DNA of 61,826 nucleotides, the filler included, from Basidioascus undulatus (Eukaryota): NCBI GenBank assembly GCA_000826855.1. It is 7 parts of 7 records of this genome, joined end to end, with 100 filler letters (N's around TTAATTAATTAA, not from the genome) between each part and the next. Parts side by side here need not be neighbours in the genome. Positions count along the whole stretch, not along the records: positions 50,176 to 55,951 come from JTLS01001873.1; positions 56,052 to 61,826 come from JTLS01001874.1; 5 more parts are not named here. One strand, 5' to 3'. Positions 53,187-61,826 of the stretch are shown piece by piece (position 1 is the first letter of the stretch; each line of letters begins with the position of its first letter). The notes under the pieces were generated by a model that saw only the letters and a list, made by a program, of their open reading frames with translations, searched no databases and was not told the DNA's origin. The position numbers were made by a program, and so were the translations under genes.

Positions 53187-54080
53187 TCAAGCCCAGGGTG
53201 AATGAGTACGTCGCCGCACGCGGCGCTCAGGGTAGGTGGCGTGTACTGCTTGGGTGAGGGGCGTGCGTGGGCGATGTAATCGATGGGGTCCGAGGATCTC
53301 GCGACGGTGCTGAGATGAAGTGGATACGTGGGACCCGATCTGGTTGAGGACGCCTCGTAAAGGCTCGCTTGGCATCTTAGAAGCCGGAGGTCTCAGATGA
53401 TGAAGCATCGGCAGAGATGAACGGCGAAGATGTTTCGGGGATAAGTCGGTTTATTCGGCGAGTTCGGACTTCTCCGTATTGATGCTGAGGGATTGTAAAG
53501 GCGGCAGATCGAGACTGGAGCGCGGAGCGTGTGCGCTTTGAGTAGACTCCGAGCAAAGGAAGTAGAACTCTAGCTTCGTCAATTTAGTGAAGTGAGGCAG
53601 AAACGAGGGGAGCGTCGCCATGGAGATGTCGGTTTAGAGGGATAGCTCCCGAAGGTCGCACACTGCAGGGCTGATCGCAAGGCCGCCCAGGAAGGTCAAT
53701 CCGAGCGTGTATTCTGATGACGTAAGGGCGGCATCGACGCTTTTGACCCGCTCCAGGAAATTGAACGGGGTAAGAAGCTGCGGGACGATTTCGGAGGGCT
53801 CTCCCAACTTGACTTCGACATCAAAGACGATCTGCTCCAAGCGCACCGGCCGCCCAAGACGGAAACCCGGTGAACTCTGCAACTTGGGATAAGTGTACCC
53901 TTATGTGAGAACAGGGCAAGATCTCTCCACAACAGCCTTGAATCGACGATTGACGAGCGAGAGGTCGAGTTCGTGCGCGATGAGAGTTTGCACCTCTCCA
54001 TGCCATCTGTCCCCAGGTTCGCTTTTATCGATCACGAAGCGGAGGATGCGAGCGAGAATCTCAATAGGAACGCGGTCCAT
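53187..54080 (-). pseudogene. F-box/LRR-like protein with three in-frame TAA stops
   Basis: MDRVPIEILARILRFV...LSLVNRRFKAVV is F-box-like. ORFs 53901-54137, 53634-53882 and 53187-53408 share one frame, with TAA at 53901, 53634 and 53451. LRR-like LRELSL, LTKLEF, LQSLSI. Confidence 0.7.
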
Positions 54081-54725
54081 GATCGAAGACATTGAGCGAC
54101 GATCTAAGAGGTGCGGGGCGTGTCGTGACCTCGGCAAGGAGAAAGGATGGACGGAGTGCCGGAATATGGGGAGAGGGCAATCGGCCCCTGGAGTTCGTCG
54201 AGCGGGTCGTGGCGACAGGTTGTTGCAACGTCCTTGATTGACTCTCGAACACCGAAAATGGTAGTAATACTGTAGGGTGTAATCTGTGACTAGAGGTAAA
54301 ATTTTGGCACTATCAACCAGTATACACTAGCTCTGGCTGAAGAAAAAAAGTAATTCCTCCTAGCTGATTCGAACGATCGGCCATGTTTCGGCCTGGGTCG
54401 GCTGCCATGGCGCAGGAGACACTGCGGGTCGGAGCTGGCTGGTCAAGCGGAGGAGATAACGACGCTTGGGGGAGCGGGGGGGATTCGCCGAGGTTGGAGC
54501 ACCAGGTGCCCCGTGGTTTGTGATCGAAAGGAAGAACGATTACTCAGGATTATTACGAGGCGAGCGAACGAAAGAAAGGCTGCGAGTGATGAGGGTTATC
54601 TTCGTCCTGCGAACGGCTAGTTGCCAGCACCTTCAACCCTTTCCACGGCCAGCAAACTCCTTCTTAGTGCAAGTGAACCATCTACCATCATCATCAACCC
54701 GCAAGCAAGTGTCCCCCCTCCCACC

Positions 54726-55949
54726 TCAGACCTTCGCCCCCGCAAACTTCCTCGTCAGCTCGTCCAGCTCTCCCTTAAGCCTCTTGAGCTCCGCCAGCTC
54801 GCCCTCGACGCCCTTCCCGTCCTCCAGCTCTTGCCCAGCCTTCGCCGCGCGCACGCGCTCCCCCTGCGCCTTGACCTTCTCCGCGAGCGCGCGCGCCTCG
54901 GGCGTCTCCGGCACGGCGGTCTCCGCCTTCTTCTTCGCCTCCTTCGCGAGCTTGGCCTGCTGCTTCTTGCTCAGCTGGGGCTCGGCCGCAGCGGCGCCGA
55001 CGCCGGCGGCAGATGCGCCGCCGTACTTGGCGCGCCAGACGTCCTCCATCTTCGCGTCGATGTTGGTGAACAGGTAGTCCGGCTTGCCGATCACGTGGCC
55101 GGGGAGGAGGTCGACGGAGAACGCGGTCGGGAGCCCGCGCGGGGGCGCGTCGAGCTGCGCGAGCATCGCAGTGGACGTGGAGGGCATGAAGGGGTGCACG
55201 AGCGCGGTGAGCGTGTAGATGAGGTTCACGGCGAGGAGGACGACGCGGTGGGCGCGGGCGGGCTGCTCGGCTGCAAACATCCACAACGAACCTCAGCACC
55301 CATGCCTTGGTGTTTGAAAGGGAGAAGAAGGGGGTGGGGACCCACCAAGCAGCGTGTTGTCCAGCTTGTTGTCCTGGATCCACTGGTTCCCGCGCGCGGA
55401 GAGCGCCATGAGGCTGTCGATCGCGGAGCGGATGTGCGCGCGCTCCATCTCGCCCGCGTAGCGCGCGAGGATCTCGTTCACGTCCGCGACGAAGCGCGCC
55501 TCGAGCACCTCGAACGAGGCCGCGTCCGCCGCCGAGGCCGCGTCAGACGCGACGGGCCCGCCGGCCTCGTCCGACGGACCGGGCACAGTCGAGGAGAGGC
55601 GGGCGACGACGAACTTGAGAACCTGTTGGAAGCAAACAGGTTGGTCAGACGCCAACCGACGTGTGAGTGGGAGGGTTGAGAAATGAAGAGAGGAAGAAGG
55701 TGGTGCAGGAGAGCAAGCGGAGGGACGAACGCGGTTGACGAAGTTGCCGAGGTTCTTGAGGAGCTGGTTGTTGTTGACGCCGATAAAGTCGTTCCACGAG
55801 AACTCGGAGTCGCTGTTCTCGGGCCGGCGGCTGAGGAGGTAGAAGCGCCAGACCGACGGCGGGATGCCTGTCTCCTGCGCGTTGTTGCCGAACACGCCGA
55901 TGTTGCGCGACTTGGAGAACTTGCCGCCCTCGTATTGGAGGTACTCTGC
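54726..55949 (-). CDS. MES1: Cytoplasmic methionyl-tRNA synthetase, C-terminal part (5' lost at contig end), with WHEP-like tail
   Basis: [20 protein letters not shown] (KMSKS-type loop), [57 protein letters not shown]. Confidence 0.95.
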
Positions 55950-55951
55950 GG

Positions 55952-56051
55952 NNNNNNNNNNNNNNNNNNNNNNNNNNNNNNNNNNNNNNNNNNNNTTAAT
56001 TAATTAANNNNNNNNNNNNNNNNNNNNNNNNNNNNNNNNNNNNNNNNNNNN
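55952..56051. other. Artificial contig spacer
   Basis: N44-TTAATTAATTAA-N44. Confidence 0.99.
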
Positions 56052-58046
56052 GGGGCGGAGGGGGAAGGGGGTCGGTAGGTGCGGGTGAGGAGGAGCGGAA
56101 GGCGGACGACGAGGAGGTTGAGGGTGAGGGCGAGGGCGTCGAGCGAGGAGAGCAGCGCAAAGCGAGGCGAGCGAGGCCGCGACTCTCGAGAGAAGGCGCG
56201 CTACTGCCCACACATACAGTACAACTTCATTATTAGATTTACTATGAATTCAAGAACAACAAATGAGGTTTGACGGTCGACAGCACCAATAGGCCAACTC
56301 CTCCGACAGCAACTCTATTGGTAGCACACGACCAAGCACGACTGGTGGATCTAGAAGAGGAAAGAGAAGTTCATGCATGAGATGGAGAATCAATTGAATG
56401 CTGAACAGCTAGGATCTCGATGTAAGTCACGCCGCACGACAGGCTCCAGTAACTTGCCAGTAACGCGCCCGAGAGGCCTGCAGACTGCGACCCACCCGAG
56501 AAACTTTTGAAGCACCGGAGGACTTCACACGACCTGGACATGCCCGAAATAGGCAGTTCAATGATTCCTCGCATCAGACATGAGAGTGTGGGAAGCCCAA
56601 CGAAAACCGCACTAGTCTTCAGGCACCATTCGGCTTCTGAGCCTTCGTCCATTAATTGCACTGAAACACTGAGTAGGGGGCATGGTGCCTTACTGTGTCT
56701 ACTTGGCCAAGACAAGAGGACTTCGGTTGAAGGGCTTGTGTCCAGTGCTGCTGCTCAAAGTGAGCGGGAACGTTGTCCGGGTGGACCTCGTGAAGACGCC
56801 AGACGCTCAATTCTGGTTGACAGAAACGTAAATCCCGACAAAAACTTCACTAAACTGCTAATTTCAAGGACATTTCGGGCTGTATGGAAAATTTGACCCC
56901 CTTTCCCGGGTTGCGGGCAAGACTGCCTTGAGTCCGCGCTGTTGAACCTGACCCGGTGGTCTCCATCCAAAGAGAAAGCGTAAACACCATCGCCATCATT
57001 CGAAGGACATTTTTATCTAGAAAAGAAACGAGAATGAAGTAGGGATTAGCGTCTAAAGCATTGGACGGCTGCTCGTGCTTGCTCGTACACTGCGGTGCTT
57101 TCGGGGGCATATCCATCTGCGACCACGGCAGAGCTGGGAGGAATGTCGAGAATGTCAGACCCGCCCGGTAACAGCACAAAGGTCCTTTTTGCCACTTACA
57201 AAAGTAGTAAAGGGGTAAAATATCTTCGCAGAAAGTCTCGCGAAACCTGTTATCCCTTGCGCGGGTGGGGGACGCACGTTGACCTTGGTTCCTGCGGAGT
57301 TGCCGATGTGGAGTGGGAGGCATCCAAAAGGAACGGAAAGAGAACCTCTGGGCTGTTCTGCAGTGCATTTTTGTTACCTAAGAAGGTAGTGCAGGAGTTT
57401 CATGTCCAGCATAAAGCTTGAGCAGGAAGACCCCTCCCTCCTATGACTGAGGAGCGGCCACTGGCATTTCGCCCACTACAATCGCATAGCTTGTGAGGAT
57501 AATAAGAAGTCACTGCTGCAATAAAGCTCCAAAAATCCTTGAGAAGTAAGGCAGGATGCTCTGCAGGCCGTGTGGGGCTGAAGAAAAAGGACTGTGAAGG
57601 CTGCGAGATTGAGGGAAAGGACTGCTTGCCCTTATCCTTTCAGTGGGTACACAGTGGCTTCCCTGAAGGTTCTCAAGAGACTAAGAAAGCTCAGCAATTG
57701 TTTTCAGGGGAAATGAGCATTCTCTCCGCCCTTCCCTGGCATCATAGACAGTCCACAGTCACTCGATCTCAGCTTGCTTCACGCTCCGGCCGATGTCCGA
57801 TTTTCGCAGGGTCATTGGACGCTTGTATGTACAATGAGCCAATTTGATCAATGATGCTCTTGCGTCAAAGCACGTTATTTTGCTGCATGGCTACAAGCTG
57901 TCACGAATCCAGTAAGTAACCAGAAACGCAGCCAATTCGCGAAATGCGAGGGCTCGGAAGACGGCTCAAGGCGAAAGCGCAGCAGCAGCCCACGCTTGTA
58001 TGTCCACATCATATTCAAGCTCTTCGCAAAATCGCGATTATTCATC

Positions 58047-61000
58047 ATGCACTTACTGACGTTTCTGAGACCACATACATCAATGGCGCTTGCGCTGTTG
58101 CTCACTATACCATTTGACTCGATCGTAATATCGTCGACTGTCGGCCACGGCCAGCAGCCGCTCGAAGTCGGACTCGATCGCCTCTCATCCTCTGCTCACG
58201 GCGCTGCTCGGGACCTGAGAGTTGAGATTGGAACATCATGGGAGGTGCGCGGACGATAGCACGGCCGTGCGAGGGTGGCAAGTATGGCTAACTGAAGCTC
58301 GGTGACACTTGCACGCAGGCTCTGGGGCCCTTCCCGACGTACGCCCACCTTTCTGATCTCGGCCTCGCCAGTATCAAGGGAAATCGCTGAAATTATTGAG
58401 CAGAGGCACCCGTGAACAGACTCTGATCCTCTCACCTCTCTCCGCATTCAGTAAGCTCACAACTTTGCTCCTTCCGTCCTCTCGGGCCCCCTCACAATGT
58501 CCCTTCAACGCACAGCCGATGACCTCGCCTCCATACCGTACAACACCTCCACGCGCTTCCCATCCTCCCTTGCCGACGGAGGCTCCGTGGGATGGACGAT
58601 GTTTGAGTCGGAAGAGGACGGGTGGGTTGAAACATCGTACCCTGCGGTCCGGTACGTTTGGCCCACCTCCCGAAGAAATCACGAGTTCGCCTCTGCATAC
58701 TACTCAACAAACCAATACGAAACAGCTGGGCCGAGCTCCGTGCGACCGAAGGCTGGTCAGTTCTCCAGCATACTGTCCTCCTCCGGACGTCCCTGCGCGT
58801 TCCTCCGTCGTCCACCTCGCGCGCCGTGCCCGTCCCTGTTCGAGTATCCATTACCGGCTCCGCACATTCCTTCGCGGTCGTCCCCACCACCTCCTCAACA
58901 CATCTGCCCCCACCTATCGAATGGCACACAGCCAACATCTACTCCTACACCCCCACCCTGCCCCTCGCGCACACACTCCTCCTCGCCCCCAAACAGACCT
59001 ATACCCTGCTTGTCCAAGCCGTATACGAAATTCGCGTAACCGGCGACCCAGCGCCTCGGCCGCCGGCGTGTCGGTTCAGGGTCGAAGTGGGTGAGGAGCA
59101 CGGGTGGACGAGGGACGAGGTGAAGGTTGTGGGTGGACTGGAGGTACTGCCGGAGGTTGTTGAGGGGTGGGTGGCGGGGGAGGTAGTTGGGCTGGCGGTG
59201 AGGAGGGGAATGGGATGGGAGATTGGGGAAGAAGCTTGGGAGGAGAAGGTGGACATCTGGGTGGAGAGAGTGGAAGGTGGTATCGAGGGGGTGGGTCTTC
59301 GCGTTTTGCTACCACTTCTCAGTCTCGAACAGCAGCTCACCAAATCGTTTCATTCCCCCAGATTCTTCGGGTGGAGCTTCCACGGATCGTCCGCTTGCGC
59401 CCATCCCAAATGCGTCAACTCGTGCTCCGCATCTCGCAAACCCTGCCTCTCCCCCTCTCCGACCGCGCTGTCACCATCCCGCTCACCCTCCACCTCACCC
59501 ATCCACACCCGCCAATCCACCAAAACCTCACCCTCCACTTCCACACGCACTCCGACACTCCATTTCTCTTTACCTACTCCAGCGGATCGACGCTGCACAC
59601 CGCCTTCGCGATCCCGCCCGTCTCCGCGTCTCCCCCTTCACCGCGCTCCCCCGTCCTCCTCGCCCTCCACGGCGCCGGCGTTTCGCTCTCCTATCCCGCC
59701 GCGCGCGAGCTCGTCAACCGGCAGCAGCACAGCTGGGCCGTCGTCCCCGACGGGGGTACCTCTTGGGGATACGACTGGCACGGACCGACACAGCGCGCTG
59801 CGTTCGACGCTGTGAGCGCGCTGGGCCGGCTGCAGGGGTCGGTCCCGCAGGGACGGGAACCGGGGAGGGAGACATTTGTGGTGGGACATTCGAACGGCGG
59901 TCAGGGAGCATGGCATATGGTTGCGCACTTTCCGGATCTCGTCCTCGGCGGTCAGTCCTTTCGCCCCTGCTTCTCCCCGCTCACTCCCCGCGCCCATGCT
60001 CATGTCACTCTCACTTGTCGCGCTCCAGCGTTGCCGGCCTCGGCCTACTCCAAGATCCAGTCTTACGTCCCCTACCACATGTCGCGCAGTTTTCGCACGG
60101 CAGACCCGGCGCTCACGGGGATCCTGCACACGGCGCTCGCGGCGCACGACATAGACTTGCATGTCGGGAACGTTGCGGGAGTGCCAATCCTTGCTGTGCA
60201 CGGGGGCGAAGACGAGAACGTTCCCGTTTGGCGTACGTTCGTGATCAGGATCGCACTGAGCTTACAGCTATCCAAGCTCTGACACTGAATTGTGCTTCTT
60301 CATAACCGCAGATTCACGAGAGTTGGTAGGGCTCGCCAACGCGTGGTCTGGCTCAACGGATGCCTATAAGTACGTTGTGCTCCTGACGAATTCTCTTCTT
60401 CGCTCCCTTTGACATGCCCACTTTTCCCTGCTGCCTCTTCCCGCCCCGCAAGGCTCCACGAAGTCCCCCACGCGCCACACTACTTCCCCACCGTCCTGCG
60501 CTCCGCTCGCGCGCAATCCTTCATCGACTCCGTCATACTCTCACGCACCTTAAGCGCGCAGGTACCGGAGTCGTACACGCTCACCGTCGCGTCCCCGGAC
60601 GAGAGCGGGTCGAAGGGCGGCATGCGCGTCCTCGAGGTGCAGGTGCCGGGTCGGTGAGGCCTCCTGCTCTGGTCGGGGAACCCGTGCGGTCGGGCTGACC
60701 GTGCGGATGGGGTGCAGCATCGCGAGGGTCAGGTTTGAGGGCGCTGGGGATGCTGCTGCCGATGAGGGTGCGGCGCTGAGATTGAGGACGAGCAATGTTA
60801 GGCGGATTGAGTTGAATGGGCGCGCGAAGGAGGCGGCGGTGAGGCATGGAAAGATCATGATAGACAGGTCTATCATTGCTCTTCCCCACCCCCAACCACA
60901 GGGCGCACTTGTGTTCTACCGCAATGGCACGACCGAGTGGTCGGTGCGTCTTGATTCTTCCTCTTTCGCCGCCTGTCGTCTGCCTCTGACTTCCCTCTGA

Positions 61001-61814
61001 CGCTTTCTCATTTCGCATCACTTCACACAGTTCGCAGCTGATGACCTCCCCCCTCCCCGCCCCCTCGGCCCGCTCCTCCGCATCCTCTCTTCCCCAGGCC
61101 CGCTGCTCATCGTCGCCCCGCCCCTCGAGCGGTACACCTCCGCCGCGCGGCGCGTCGCGCACGACGCGTTCCTTTTCGGGCGCATCGACGCTGACATTGT
61201 CAGCGACGACGAGGTGCTGGGGCGTCTCCTCCTCGCTGCAGAGAGGGGGGAGGAGGCGCTGGAGGGGTTGCAGGAGCGCGCGGTGGTGTTGCTGGGTGGG
61301 GCGGCGGAGAATGTCGTGGTCGATTGGGTGCAGAAGAGTGGGGGAGGGCCACCTGGTGCGCTGAGATGCTGAGGGGACGATAGATGTTGAAAGTAATACT
61401 GATTCTGCGGCTCTTGGGTTCTCTATGCAGTCCACTTCCACGAGAGCGGCGCGTTCTCGGTTCATGACAGCCTCTTCGACCTCCCCGGGACCGGTCCGTC
61501 CCCCCTCTCCCTCTCCCATCCATCCATCCCCTTCCATCCCTCCTCTCACGCCCCCCCTTCCCTACCCAGGGCTCATCTACCTCCACCCCTCTCCCCTCTC
61601 GCCCCTCTCAAGCCTGGGGCTCACGATCGCCGGCACAGACTTCGCGGGGTTCGAGCGCGCGCTGCGACTCTTCCCCGTACGGACGGGCGTGCCTCTCCCC
61701 GAGTGGGCGGTCGTGCGCCCCGAGACGGACTGGATGGGCGCTGGAGGCCTAGGCGGGGCGGGATGGTGGGATGCGGAGGGGGTGGAGCGGGGATGGGGAC
61801 TTTGGGGGCGATGA
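58047..61814 (+). CDS. Large, probably secreted alpha/beta-hydrolase (peptidase S9/esterase-like), multi-exon, uncharacterised family
   Basis: Hydrophobic N-terminus (start 58047 or 58083); WE|ALGPFPT|GTREQ; WAELRATEGW; LALHGAGV; WGYDWHG; GHSNGGQGAW nucleophile elbow; HGGEDENVPVW; SGSKGG; FPVRTGVPLPEW; TGA at 61812-61814. Confidence 0.8.
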
Positions 61815-61826
61815 TGGGGAGATCGG

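Noticed and set aside
51828..53903. Stop-codon reassignment or selenocysteine as an explanation for in-frame TGA/TAA
   Set aside because: Intact genes here end in TAA, TAG and TGA, the TGA replaces Arg rather than Cys, and the hydrolase also carries frameshifts.
56052..56220. Pyrimidine-rich minus-strand stretch as the MetRS 5' end
   Set aside because: It is on a different contig and shows no MetRS similarity; probably the leader of an unrelated gene.

Overview
Intron-rich, GC-rich basidiomycete nuclear DNA. The unsplit dynein heavy chain points to a lineage outside Ustilaginales and Agaricomycetes, such as Pucciniomycotina (inference). The window is not one locus. It is seven contigs (5805, 26487, 5804, 5801, 5778, 5776 and 5775 nt) joined by artificial 100-nt N44-TTAATTAATTAA-N44 spacers, so adjacency across spacers means nothing. 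Apparently intact genes: a full-length cytoplasmic dynein heavy chain (about 17.3 kb), an LMW phosphotyrosine phosphatase, an SDR, a ceramide glucosyltransferase, a large secreted alpha/beta-hydrolase, an intron-containing tRNA-Ser(GCT), and a secreted His-rich A-B-A-B repeat protein with dibasic (Kex2-type) sites. Genes cut by contig ends: GCP2/Spc97, a PDR-type ABC transporter, a laccase, MetRS with a WHEP-like tail, and TFIIH Ssl1 (which also stops internally). About nine decayed genes lie on five of the seven contigs, including what looks like a fossil transporter/TF/aminotransferase cluster. The best novelty candidates are the Kex2-processed His-rich repeat peptide precursor and the signature of genome-wide gene erosion. 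All family assignments come from motif recognition by eye; no searches were run.
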